Assembly (NCBI GenBank): GCA_028534125.1
Contig: CM052818.1
Coordinates: 23,190,001 to 23,254,000 of the forward strand
Source of the DNA: Lama glama
Lineage: Eukaryota
DNA length: 64,000 nt
Direction: 5' to 3'
In this document: one piece after another, positions 36,650-48,806 of the stretch
Position numbering within the stretch: the stretch's first letter is position 1
How the letters are laid out: the number at the start of each line of letters is the position of its first letter
Position numbers and translations under genes: made by a program
Notes under the pieces: model-generated
Database searches by the model: none
Told to the model about the DNA's origin: nothing
What the model saw: only the letters and a program-made list of their open reading frames with translations

Positions 36650-37260
36650 GCTTTATTTATTCTTATTTTCATTTCAACAAACCTGTTTCGAACACCAGTA
36701 ATGAGATAGCGTGTTATGTAGGCCCTGGAGGTACAAGTCATAGCCTCTTCTTAAAGGAGTTTGCAGTTTCTGGGGGAAACAGATACTTCCTAGTTATGAA
36801 ACCTTGGCCAAGCTACTCACCATCTTAAGCCTCAGTTTTTTCATCTGTGAAGTGGAGATAATTATAGAACCCATCTCATAGGGTTACTGTGAGAATTATA
36901 TGATACATAAGGCTACTTTAAAGCATCATGTACATAGAAAGTGCTCAATAAATATTTGTTCTTATAAGTATGGAACAAGAGGCTTACAACATAATGAGAT
37001 GTATGCAGAGAGAGTAGAACATTAAGTGTTGCAGGTGGAGAGGGGAGTAAGTAATTAGTTCATCCTGGGATGGGGGAGGGGCGGTGGCAGAGAGGAGGTG
37101 ACATTTGTTCTGGAACTTCAAAGGCAAGTAGACACAGCAGATGGTCTATGGAAGGATGATGTTTAGTGAGTCTGGGAGCCAGAGCAGCCCCAGGTGGCTG
37201 GAGCATGGGGGCCTAAGGGTGAAAGGGCTGAGGCAGGGTGGGAAGGGGCTTTGTACAGCA
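36650..37260 (-). mobile_element. L2 fragment interrupted by a plus-strand MIR (about 36790-36965)
   Basis: L2 tail 'tttatttattcttattttcatttcaacaaacctgtttcgaacacc'. MIR core 'ccttggccaagctactcaccatcttaagcctcagttttttcatctgtgaagtggagataat'. Confidence 0.65.
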
Positions 37261-38590
37261 GCCTGTGGAGCAGTGCCTGAGAGGCTGTCCCCCAAACCCA
37301 GGCAGGAGTCCCCTATCCAGGCTTAGCAATGAGGCTTTAAGGTGTGAATGCCCACGACGAGGACCCCGGGATCCAAGATGCAGAAGCTTGGGATGAGAGT
37401 TGTTCTAGTTTTGAAGGAGGAGAGAATTGGGGAGAACGCGTGAAAGCCGTGGGGACCTCGCCTGGGGGCCGAGGACTCAGAAGGGGAAGCCAGTGTTTTA
37501 AAGAGATCCTTTCACCCCTCTCAAAAATCTGCTCAGGGCGGGCCCACTGAATCTTAGCTAAGCCAGATCAATAGAATCTGCTCTTGACAATAAACCTCCA
37601 AGCACCCTGGCTCAGAAATGTCCCAGAAATGTCACTGCAGATCAACGAATAGCTGCTTGGGGAAATTTGCCCCAGGAGACCCTAGCCCTGAGGATCGCCA
37701 AGGGGCTTCCTAAGTGGTGCATCTGGCCCCTGGGAGAAGTCTTCATAGGAACCTTGGGCAGCCTCTGGGCTCTGTGTGTGCAGAGAACAGCTGCTTTGGT
37801 TTAAATATTAATAATGCAAAATGAAATGTGTGGGGTGCCCAGCGTACCAGAGCCCAGCCAGTATGCATTGCATCTAATGTCCTCTGCACTCAGGGTTGGA
37901 AAAATGCGGTCAGTGAATTTAATATACTTTTTGGCAAAGGGAAGACGACAGTTAACTTCCCTCCGGAGCCTCACTAAAGCAGGTTTTCTCCCTGGAAAAT
38001 AGAAGAGGGAGAGTGGTTTCTCCCAGTATGCCAGCAGGCCCGCCGCCCGAATTCTGTCACAGCCCCTCTGCTCAGCCCACCTTGACGGGGGTTCTGCTCA
38101 CCTTGCAGGGGGTTTGGGGGGCCACAGAGCATCCTGCTGTGGGGAGAGACAGGCAATCCCGCTTGTTCAACATCTAGTGGGACCCGGGTGGGGCTGAAAC
38201 TCCAATTCCTGCTGGTTCCTCCAGAATGCTCTCTCCTCATCCTCTGCTTCTAGAATCACCGCCCCTGCACCCCCACTGTTCATCAGAGGAGCTCGAAGTG
38301 AGAATGTCAGTGCCACAGGGCTCTCATGGGTCCCCCGAGGTTGACAGCTGATCCAGGGTCCCCAAAGGCCAGATGTCAGCCCCTGAGAGCTTCGCTTCCC
38401 TCCATCCTACTGCATTTTTAAATCCTTGGGAGGTTCTGACACAGTGGCTGCAAAGAAGTGTTTCCTCCTCCACTGCCAACTGCACCCGCTATTGCCAGAG
38501 CCTCTGTGGGCCTGCTCCCTTCTCCAGCATCTCAGAGCCTGGCTTCTCTCTCTCCAAATGCTGCAGCTCTCATTTGGCTGCTGTTTCATC

Positions 38591-38790
38591 TTTTTTTTTT
38601 TAATTGAGGTGTAATTGATGTATAACATTATATTAGTTTCAGGTATACAAGCAAGGGTTCGATCCTTGTACACACTGTGAAATTATCACCACCATCATTC
38701 TAGTTACCACCCATCACCACACAAAGTTACAAAAATTTTTTTCTTGTGTTGAGAGCTTTGAAGATGTACCCTGCTGGCAGCTTTCCACTG
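38591..38790 (-). mobile_element. L1MA-like 3' end fragment
   Basis: Poly-T followed by 'aattgaggtgtaattgatgtataacattatattagtttcaggtatacaa...gttaccacccatcaccacacaaagttacaaaa'. Confidence 0.85.
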
Positions 38791-39419
38791 TGCACTATCA
38801 ATCGGCTTTTTGAAAAGCAAATAAATGCTGGGTGACATCACAGCCCCAGAGCCGGGAAGCAAGAAAGCGTCAGAGGCTAATGTTTCTGAGAAGCTGGAGG
38901 CTCTGGGTTTGCCCAACAAAGGCGCCCTGTGCAGGCATGGTCACGGTCATGGCCACCACCACCCCAGAACTGAAACAAAGCTGGCCAGCCTTTCCCCAAA
39001 GTCTATCTCTGGTTTTATACAACCCGATAATGTTCCCAGTTAGAGGCCTGAGCAAATCATCCAGCAGTGAGAGCCAGACAGCCTTTGCTTGTGGCCTGGC
39101 TGTGGCCCACTCTGGGGGGCCTCCCAAGCTGCCAGGGAAACAGTCACCTCAGGGCCCTTTGGGGATGTGGATGGTGAGGAGTGGGCTCCAGGCAGAGAGA
39201 AGCAGCTTTGCCTGGGAGAGGGTGGGAGCTGCGATCGACAGGCTGTGGGGCTCCAGCTGTGCCCCAGGCTCCAGCTCCCCCCCCCCGCCCCACCGCCTCC
39301 AGTCCACCCACCCCTCCTTGGCGTCCGGCCCTTAGGGAAGCTGAGAGAAAGTCTCGCCTGTTCTGGATGCCGCGGGCAGGATCGGCCACAGTCATCTCCT
39401 TCATGTGTCACCGCTGGCT

Positions 39420-39620
39420 GTAAGCGCTGTGTTTGGTTTGGCAAAACGGCTATTTAAATAGCAGTGAAATGTGTCACTGGAAAAAAATTAGCTCATGTTT
39501 CCTTTACCATTTCTTCATGATTTCCATTAAAAGTGTAACCACGGGTAATAAATTAACAAGATCTGTAAAAGCGACCATAGGAAACCATGGATCCAGAATT
39601 CCTATAAACTTCTAACCCAT
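39420..39620. promoter_or_regulatory. Candidate conserved non-coding element
   Basis: Repeat-free AT-rich block with the perfect palindrome GCTATTTAAATAGC (39449-39462) and homeodomain-type TAAT/ATTA sites. Confidence 0.4.
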
Positions 39621-40329
39621 GATGCTGAATAGCCAGGCTACTTGGGGGAAGGGGGCTTGGATCACCCAGACTTCAGTTTTCTTTGTGTTTGATTCCTACT
39701 CCCTCCCCCCAAAATGTGAGAGGAAGCCCTTCATTTCTTTCTGGGGTCGCTGTGGTTATCGGGGAGCAGGGGAGAGCCTTTGCTTGAAAAACCCACAGCC
39801 TTGGGGCATTGCTTGGCTACTTCAGTTTCATTTTTTAAAAAAGGACGAAAACAAAAGGAAAAAGTTCCTTCTCTACCAAAGTATAATCTCCTTCCGTCTT
39901 TGTGCCTCACCTGGTCCCAACCACAGTCCAGTGGCTGAATTCTCAATGTCCTGTGGAAATCAGACCTGTTCCCCTGGGTACTGGAGAGCTCCGGAGAGCT
40001 GGATGTTGAATTGTAGCTCAGTTTCACATATAGTAACACCGAGGTTGATGGAAAACGTTTGCCTCTGGCACAAAATCCAATAATCAACAGATGGATGGGG
40101 GAATTGGGGTGGCAACCCTCTGATTGTGGCATTTCCAACACACAAAGACACACACTCAGACTCACACACAACGATGCTTGTTTGTGCATGCTGGGCTGGG
40201 GGGCAAAGGATCACTGTAGGGTCCCACTGTAGGTTACTGGGGTAAAAAAGCTGCTTCTAAGGAAGGCGCCCCTGAGGAATGTGTTTGGTTTGACACAGAA
40301 GGGCTATGGCGGTGCCAAGGGAGTGTACG

Positions 40330-40660
40330 TGCAGGAGAGTGGGGGACGGGACAGGGGACTGTGTTAGTGTCACTCCCAACACTGGGGACCAGGAGAGGAC
40401 TAAGAGTGGGTATCAGTGTTCCATCCAGGCTGGGGGAGTGGGGGACGGGACTGGGGGACTGTGTTCAGTGGTGCATACAGGGACTAAAGGAGTGGCGTCA
40501 GGAGGGGAGAGTGTGTTGGGGTTACACCTGGGGCAGAGGGCTGGGAGGGTGTTTTTAGTGTCAAGCACAGGGCTGGGGGCTTAGGGGAAAGGACGGGGAA
40601 GGGTGTTCAGTGTTACTCATGGGGCTGGGGGAGTGTGTTAGTGTGGCACAGAGCCAGGGT
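40330..40660. repeat. Degenerate G-rich minisatellite-like array
   Basis: Recurrent 'gggg..gtgtt(c)agtg' units. Near-identical copies at 40337-40369 and 40436-40470. Confidence 0.7.
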
Positions 40661-41559
40661 GGAGAGGTTAGAAGGAGTGATGGGTAACAAGTGGTAATCA
40701 ATGACTTTTGTCTCTGGTCCTCTGTCCCACTGTCCTTCCTCAATTATCCCTTTCACAAGTATCTTAACCCCCCTTTACTAGTCTGATGTGACTGCTCCTT
40801 GGTCTTCTGTTAGAACAGGAGGTGAAAAGGGGGAGTTTTGTGCTGCTTTCTAAGCCCCATTTCTCCTGCATCTTAGCCCCTGGGGTATGGAGGAGGCTAT
40901 TTCTTGTTTCTTCAGGACAGTCCCTTCCCCTGGACGGCAGTGGTGTGGAATGTGGCAGCTCAGAAAACACTTTGTCACAATGAAATTAAAGAGGGATTTG
41001 GCACCAACACTTACCCCCAGTGATTTGCATCAGGACCTCTCTCCCCCCGGCCCTCCTCCTGCCCCCTCAGTTCCCAAAACTTCCATCCTGTCCACACAGA
41101 CGCCATTGTCTGTTGCCAACACCTTTTTTTCTAGAGGTGTCTGGCTTTCTTTGCTCATTCCTCTCTGGGAGGCTGGAGTGACCAGCTCCTTGATAAGGAG
41201 TGTGCAGCCCTCCCCCCTTCCCCCAACCTGCTCTGGGCCCTGGATGCCAGAAAGCCCTTCCCTTAGAGCCTGAGGCAGAGGGCTCTGCCAAGGCACCTGC
41301 TATAATGACAGAGAAACAGCTGCTTGTTTTATTTACATTTCATCCAGATGTTTGGGTGCCATGTAGACGCAGCCTGTGGGCCGTCTGAACACTGTGGCTG
41401 GAAACTGAGCTCCCCTCTGCTTGGAGCTGGGAGGCCAAGAGGGAGGGCCTGCGAGCTGAGAAGGGACAGGGCTGGGGTTGGGCGGCAGACGCAGCCTGAG
41501 GATGGGGGGGGGGGAGCGGGAAGGCGAGACATGGAAGCGAGGGTGGATCACAGCCTTGG

Positions 41560-42260
41560 CAACAACTGGAACAAGATTCCTCATAAACAATGCATCTGTT
41601 TACACAGCCGCCAGTGTAGGCCAGCCCTTGCCAAATCGTGATTTAAAAAAATCACCCTTTATAGCATTTCACACCACTTACCAGATGCCGAGGAAGGGCC
41701 TACTGGGTGCTCTGCAGGCCCCTCCCAGGCCTCCTGCTGCACCCAGCAGGCTTGCAGCTCCCCACCTCCCCAGTCTGTGGCAGAGGCCCCAGCTGAGAAG
41801 ACCAATTAACAATGCCGGGCAGTGAGCATAAATCACCATGCTCCCCCTTTTCCTGGGCTCGGGGCTGGAAAGGATCAGAACTGTGCAAATACTTGGGATG
41901 TTTCTCTTTATTAGTGATAAAATATTGGACGTCAGCGTGCGCCGTTTCATGCACTGCCTCCGACAGTTGGAGCAGTAATTGTGATGAATAGGGGTCCAGG
42001 GGCAGGGCGGCAGGCGTTTAAGAAGACTCTGTGGATTGAAAATATTAGGATTGATTAAAGGTCAAATACTTTATAAATTTATCAGTGCTGGATACATTCT
42101 TCCCAGGTGGGGGCTGCCCTTCCAGCCTGTTGAAAAAGAACTCAATCTGGTCGAACGCTGGCCCCACTCCTCCTCCCCTCAGGCCCCGCCGCAGGTAACC
42201 TACAAAGCTGATAAAATGAGCAGAGTTTCCTGTCATTCGTGTCCTTTTGCTTCTCCTGTC
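41560..42260. promoter_or_regulatory. Candidate conserved enhancer cluster
   Basis: TAAACA-N7-TGTTTA (41584-41602), GTGATTT-N4-AAATCAC (41638-41655), ATAAATCA (41828; TGATTTAT on minus), TGATGAAT (41982), AAAGGTCA (42057). Repeat-free with retained CpGs. Confidence 0.55.
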
Positions 42261-43034
42261 AGGAGGTGAGTGCAGCCCAGACATCTGTGGGCGGGAGGCT
42301 GCCCATTTCTCACTGGAGAGAGAAGAGAAAGTTCCCCCTCAGAAGCTAGTCTCTCGTGGCTCTGACACCAGCCATCAGTGGCAGAGCCTCCAGGAATAGC
42401 TCTGTTACCCACAAGGAGCCCCCAGGACTAAAAGGAGGGTCTCGCAATTTCTGTCCTTCTCTGGAGGGTCTGATTTCCTGTTGTTAGATAAAGGGATCTC
42501 TGAACTGTGCCTGCCAAGAAACTCCAGTGAAACTCTGTTTAATCCCGGCAATGGCCCTCACCTGCTTCCTTATGAGACGCTTCACTCCTTGAACAAATAC
42601 GTATTAAGGCAGGAGGCATTCTCACGCTGGGGAGAAAGCAGGGGACAAAATAGGTGAAAAGCCCTGCTCCCGTGGAGTTTATATTTTAGGTGAGAGCAAG
42701 AAAATAAATATAAAAACTTACAGTATATTAAGTGGTAATCGGTGCTAAGGAGAACAAGACAATAGAGGAGGAAAGGGAGTAGGGAGGGCTGGGGGGGAGA
42801 TCGACATTTTGGAAACGGTTGAGGACCTGGATGGGGTGCGTGGAACTATTGGAAGGAAGAGTGTTTTTCTGTAAATGTGTTTTATAATTGTGCTAGTGTA
42901 TGAGTATTTTAGTACTGGCTGTTCATAACCCTTCCTTTTTGGAATTGGGCATGGTATAAATAAAAACAGGTCCAGAAAATGAATGAGGTAGAATAGGACC
43001 TGTTTGGTGAAAGGGAGTTCCAAAACCCCAGACT

Positions 43035-43187
43035 AACGGTTTGCATCCAAATTAGCTGGAGGGCTTGTTAAAACACAGACTGCTGGACCTCACTCCAGTA
43101 TTCAGTTCAGTTGGAGTCTGAGAATTTGCAATTCTAGCAAATTCAAAGATGCTGCTAATCCAGGGACCACATTTTGACAACTACTGC
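43035..43187. mobile_element. MER5A-like hAT-Charlie fossil
   Basis: 'ctggagggcttgttaaaacacagactgctgg...ctgagaatttgcaattctagcaa...ccagggaccacattttgacaactactg'. Confidence 0.85.
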
Positions 43188-43297
43188 CGGAAACCAACAG
43201 AACATTCTCTGATTGATCAGGCGAGGGGAAGTTAGAGAAGTTTCTCCTCTTAGGCTATGCTAAGAAGGGATGGGAGGAACTTACACGTCTCTAAAAG

Positions 43298-43592
43298 CAG
43301 CTTTTCCCCAAATGTACTCCATGTAACACTTCTATCAAGTAATGTTCATAGGGATCACCAGAAAAAGGATTCTTTCATCAAGCATGTTTAGAGCACACTG
43401 GGTTAAGCACATTTCTTTACTGCAGGACTTCTCAGAGCCTTTAACATGCAAATGTGCATTGTGAATCTCCCCGGAGGAAGATGTAATGAATATTCAGTGT
43501 TTTGTAAATTTTTTTGACCACAGGATCGCCTTTATTTTTTCATGGAGAATCTTATAAGACCAGTGTACAGTGGAATATGCTTGAAAATACTG
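43298..43592. mobile_element. hAT-Charlie-family DNA transposon fossil
   Basis: CAG...CTG termini and internal 'ctgcaggacttctcagagcctttaacatgcaaatgtgcattgtgaatctcc'. Confidence 0.65.
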
Positions 43593-44864
43593 CTTTTAGG
43601 ACTACATGGTCTCCTCCAACCCACCCTGGTGGGTGAAATGAAAGCCTCACACAGCCAAGAACTCGGGGGAAATGTGCAGCGGTCCTTTGTTCTCTTACAG
43701 ACTTCCAGATTGGGTTAGAAGGGGCTCCGGATGTGCTTGGGGTTCAATGCCCATCCTGAGGTTCCCGTGGTTCTTTGAGGAGAAAGTCTGAACCCCTGGG
43801 CTCCTGACCCTTATGTGTTTGACCTGAGCAGGACTGGAAGACATCATCTGTCCCACGGATAGCTGAGTCTTGGTCAGACACGAAGTGTCACGAACCAAAA
43901 TGTATAGAAGCAGCACGTGTGGTGCCGGCTGAGATGACAGAACTGGTCAGAGAAGGTGCGGGCACTGTACTGCATCCGAGCGCAGGGCTCGTGCCTCTAA
44001 GCGGGGCCTGCAGAGCTGAGAAGGGGAGGGGCCCACGGGCCCAGCTGTGTCTGCAGAACAGCAGCCCTGATATTTACGACTATGATGGTCCTTCTCTAGT
44101 GGACCTGCTTTGGAACATAAATAAACTTAATAGGCTTCAAATAATTGTGACAACTGAGTTTAAACCCCAGACTGTGGTCCAGGGCAATGGACGTCTCTCT
44201 CTCGCCCCTGTCTGATTTTGCAGAGCCAATGCTCAGTCCCGAGCACCATTGACTTGGTGAGTCTTTGGATGAAGAGATGAGGAGGGGGGTGACTTTGAGA
44301 GTGAGCTAGAGGAAGAAGGTCCATCTCTGTAGAATGTCCCAGACTGAGATGTGTTATTGACCTTGTCCAGCCCCGAGCCTGATGGGGTAGATTCCAGATC
44401 CTTCTCTGTACCTGGGGGCAGGGGTGAGGCTTCATCCCTTGCCCCCTTCCCAGCCATGCTTAGAAGCTGTGGCTGAGACATTTGGAATTATAAATTTGGT
44501 TCAAGGCACTGGCATGTTTCGACCACTTTCCATGTGTAAGATATACCACCCTGTAGAAGAGAAAGACACCTGCCTCTAACATACGGCAAGCTGGGATCCA
44601 GGGCCGCGGTTAATATAAAGTTATAAAAGAAAATGAAGGAGATAACAGATGAGATTAGCTCCTGCCCATCAGGGACGGGACTTTCCAGGAGAGGGAGTGC
44701 CCTAAACAAAGGCACGGAGATGGGGGAGTACGAGGGATGTTCCGGGAACAGGGTGGCACAGTGAGAGAGCCCACAGGAAAAACATGCTAGAGCCAGAATT
44801 TGGAGAGTCTTACCTTCCATACTAAAGGGTTTGGACTTTATCAAATAAGCACTAGAAAGTCACA

Positions 44865-45345
44865 TTTTATGTGAGTGTTTTAAAATAATACACGTACAAG
44901 GTGAAATCTTCAAACAGTACAAACATATTCTTGAAAAGTGTCTCCCTCCCATCCCTGTTTGCTGGTCACTCAGTTCCCTCTCCGGAAGCAAATGCTATAC
45001 CAGTTTCTTGTGCATTCTGTCAGAGACATTCCATGTCTTTACAAACCTATGGGAATGTATCTCCCCAATACTTTTTAAACACGAATATTAACATGTTGTA
45101 TACAAGCATCTGTATTTTTTCTCATCATACTTAACCATAGATCTTGGAGGTTTTTAAGTAAAACTCATTGTGTTCCATAGTTTAATTAGACTCCGCTGAA
45201 GGATTTCTGGTGTTTCCAGTCTTTTGCTACTTCAAACAAGAACGCAGTGAATATCCTTTCATGTAAATCACTTTGTGTGCATTTCTGTAAATTCACAGAC
45301 AGGGAATTGCTTGGTCAAAGGACATTTGCATTTTTATTGCTGTTA
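44865..45345 (-). mobile_element. Ancient L1ME-like fragment within L2-like sequence
   Basis: 'cagttccctctccggaagcaaatgctataccagtttcttgtgcattc...tgtttccagtcttttgctacttcaaacaa'. Confidence 0.65.
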
Positions 45346-45839
45346 GACGTTACATGGGAAAATGCAGGGGCTGCTGGGACCGGATCTATTTTAGGAAGAT
45401 CCCTTTTTGGAGGCAATAGGACGATGGGAAGGAGGGGAAGAGACACGTTTGGAGGGTGTTATGATCACACCAGGTGAGACATGATGAGGGCCAGAACAGA
45501 GCCCTGGCTGAGGAAAGAGAGGGCAGGGGCGGAAGAGACACTAGTGACTGATTTGATGTGTGCATGTGGGACAGAAATCACAGACCATCAAGAGGCCTGG
45601 AGCCCCATGGGGGCAGGGATTAACCGAGAGATAGAAAGAGTAGCCTTGATCAGATTCTCAAAAACCAGGAATGTGTCTGCATAGATAGGAATGTGGAAAG
45701 CTAAGAAATCATCACCTCAGGCCTAGTAGAGTAGAGCAGGAAAAGAAGTTAGAGGGTCCTAATGCCCCCTGGGGAGGGTTGATCAGACCTAGTGCAGTTC
45801 CAGACAAGGAAGGGGCTAAGAGCACAGACTTCGCAGTCC

Positions 45840-46245
45840 TAGAGTTTAGGTTTTCTGCTGGAACCAACAATTGCCAGATTTCAGTGGTTTAACACAATGG
45901 ATTATTTCCAGCTCACATCAGTGTCCCTGGAAGAAACAGTGGCGAGGAAGGGGCACAAAGCAGTTATTGAGGATCCTGGATTCTTCCATATTCAGATTCT
46001 GCCCTCCCCTAGGTCCTCAGCTTCCTCTCATCCAGCCATCGGGTAAGAAAAGAGAGAACTGTGTACAGGCGGGTTTTATGGGCCAGAACTGGAAAAGACT
46101 AATGTCACTTCCACCCACTTTCTATTGGTCAGAATTGAGTTGTATGCTTGCATCTACCTCCAAGGGAGCCTGGCAAAAACATCTAGCTGTAAGGCCAGGA
46201 AGAAAAGGGAAATGCTTGATGAACAACTAGCCGACCTCTGCCTCC
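45840..46245 (-). mobile_element. Old MLT1 (J/K-like) LTR inserted in a MIR
   Basis: 'gatttcagtggtttaacacaa...atgtcacttccacccactttctattggtcagaa...gatgaacaactagccgacctctgcc'. MIR sequence on both sides. Confidence 0.7.
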
Positions 46246-46295
46246 CCAGCTGTGTGTCCTGGGCAGGTCATTTAACCTCTCAGAGGCTCAGTTTT

Positions 46296-46702
46296 TTTTT
46301 TTTTATTGTAGTATAGTTGATTTACAATATTGTGTTAGTTTCCCATGTACAGCAAAGTGATTCAGCTATACAGATACAAACATATTCTTTTCCATTTTGG
46401 TTTATTACAGGATTTAAAAAAAATTAAGGGGGGGAGAGGTAATTAGGTTTATTTATTTATTTAATGCAGGTATTGGGGATTGAACCCAGGACCTCGTGCA
46501 AGCTCAGCACATGCTTTACCATCAAGCTATACCCTCCACCCTATTATAGGGTATTGAATATAGTTCCTTGTGTGATATAGTAGGACCTTGTTGTCTATCT
46601 ATTTTATATATAGTAGCCTCTATTTGCTAATCCCAGACTCCTAATTTATCTCTCCCCCCCATCCGCTTTCCTCATTGGTAACCATAAGTTTGTTTTCTAT
46701 AG
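46296..46702 (-). mobile_element. L1 3' UTR fragment inserted in a MIR
   Basis: Poly-T followed by 'attgtagtatagttgatttacaatattgtgttagtttc...ggtaaccataagtttgttttctat'. Degenerate TSD agaggctcagtttt / agagaccaagtttt. Confidence 0.85.
46415..46541 (-). mobile_element. tRNA-derived camelid-type SINE (long form) nested in the L1 fragment
   Basis: Tail 'gagaggtaattaggttt' and antisense head. TSD tattacaggat (46403-46413) / tattatagggt (46542-46552). Confidence 0.9.
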
Positions 46703-47934
46703 AGAGACCAAGTTTTCTCATCTATGAAATGGGAACAAACACCTCATAGGTAGGATTGTTGTTGTTTTGAGGATTAGGTGAGATTATGTACGTTGCCCAC
46801 TTAGCCTGGCATATGTAGATGAATCAATAATCATGGTAATGAATATTCATACAGAGTCATGGTGTGTGATCTTTGGTCGTGACCCTGTGAGAGCAATCGT
46901 GACGGTTTTCCCTGTCTTTCTCTGCCCACTCCAGGTCTACACAGGCAGAGGAAAACTCCGTCTGTGTAGGACTGACCTGGGTCATTCTGGCCCCCAAAGT
47001 AGATTTATTTTCTTGAAATAAATAATTCGGTACGGTGGACTCCATGGATCATGTTCATGAGATTATTTCAAATCTCACTCTGCCTGATCCATGCGGACCC
47101 AGCCGCAGCTCTGCCAGCCAGCTCCACTCCCAGCGTGTGCAGGCTGCCGAAGCACACTGTTCATTCTTTCATGTTGTTCCCACACTTCAGAAGTCTGGAG
47201 GGAAGCTGACTGTTTGCTGTTCTGGGATCATTTGAAGCCGGGCATGCAAAGAGTTCCGAGTCACTTTCAAGTCTGCCTGTAGGAAATCTTTCTTGGCAAC
47301 CAGACAACTAGAATTAGTTATTAAAGGCATGTCAAATGAATAAAGACACCTCTGTGAGGAAAACCACAAGAGCAGTTACGTTTTCTAATATGGATAGGAG
47401 GCTAATATCAAATCACCTTTAATTTTGCACTCTTTCTTTGCTCTTTTGATGGTAGGTCAGATCTAATAATAACAGATACAACGGAAAACCATTTCTGTTT
47501 TCATCTATCGCAATATACAGGCCCACTGCAGATGTGTGTCTTAAAAACCGGGGTCTGGAGTTTAAATGAGTACCTGCGCACTGACAGGGCCGTTTCCTCC
47601 GGGCACGTTCTCTCAGATGCCAAGCCTGTGTTGCCCTCACAGGCGTAAGGAGCCGACCCATGACACGGAATAAAGCCTGGCCTTGCCTATAAACCACGTA
47701 TCCCACATCGCCCAGGCCACAGCACTTGCTGAAAGGCAAGGATGACCACAAAGACCCAGCTGTAAAGACCAGGGGAGAAAGTGGTGTGAAGGCGTTTTGA
47801 AAACAAGGGCCTGCTTTCCAGATGTGAGTCATTGAAGGCCCAGTGGACTCTCCATACCGTGTGGCCTAGATTTGGGGTCATTATGGATAGATATGAGGAC
47901 AGGGGAGCTGGTGACCAATGGGAAGCACCGTATT

Positions 47935-48190
47935 GTGGTCGGAAGGCTCCAGAATCTGGCACACTGTTTAGGTTCAAACCCCAGGGCTGCTAAGTTTTGT
48001 TGTTATAATGGGCAAGTTGCGTGACTTCTCTGGGCCTCAGTTTCCTCATCTATAGAATGGGGACAATAATACCTATTTCACATGTTTGTCGTGAGTATTA
48101 AAAGAACCAATTCTAACAAAGCACTTAGAACAAATGTTTGACAGGAGGTAAGCTCCCAGTGAGCGTGGACTTTTATTAATACTATTATAA
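47935..48190 (+). mobile_element. MIR SINE
   Basis: 'gggcaagttgcgtgacttctctgggcctcagtttcctcatctatagaatggggacaataat'. Confidence 0.85.
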
Positions 48191-48806
48191 ACAGTATTAT
48201 CCACTAAGGAAAGGGATCCGTGGGTGCTTTTACATGTGGGTAGGTCATGTAAAACTGAGAAATATGGGACTTTATCTGGAAAGGAATTTGCTTGGTTGAG
48301 AGAAACCAGTCTGGCCCTTAAAGGCACAGCCACTTTGGAAGCTCTTCTGTTGGGTTGACATGATTTGATCTTCATGGTCAAATGGTGAAGCTGTCCCCAC
48401 ACAGATGCCCTCCTGGGCAGACCAGTCCGTCCCCTGGATGCAGAGGTTTTCATCCAGGATCCAAAATATAGAAACCATTTAACTAACCAAGCCCACTCCA
48501 GCCTCCCAGAAATTAACCCCTCTCAAAGGGGTCCTGAGGGACAAGGCCCCTTTGAAAGCTTTCTTATATCATGTGTTTTGTGCATCTGAGGAATTTGGGT
48601 GGCTTTCTCTTAAACGAATTTTACTGGCTGAGGGGTCATTTTATAGCATCTGCCCCTTGATCTAGGTGCCGGCCACCACTGTGACCTACCCCTGTCCTTC
48701 CCTTCAGGTTACCCACCTGGTCCCTGGTAGCCTCAGGCCCAGGTCAGCCCCAGCTTCCTCTCCATGGACAATAAACATGGATCTGCACCCCAGAGCTGCT
48801 CTAGGG

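Noticed and set aside
38832..40189. Cluster of overlapping 120-167 aa ORFs on both strands
   Set aside because: Pro/Ser/Gly-rich translations typical of GC-rich non-coding DNA, with no domain or convincing splice structure.
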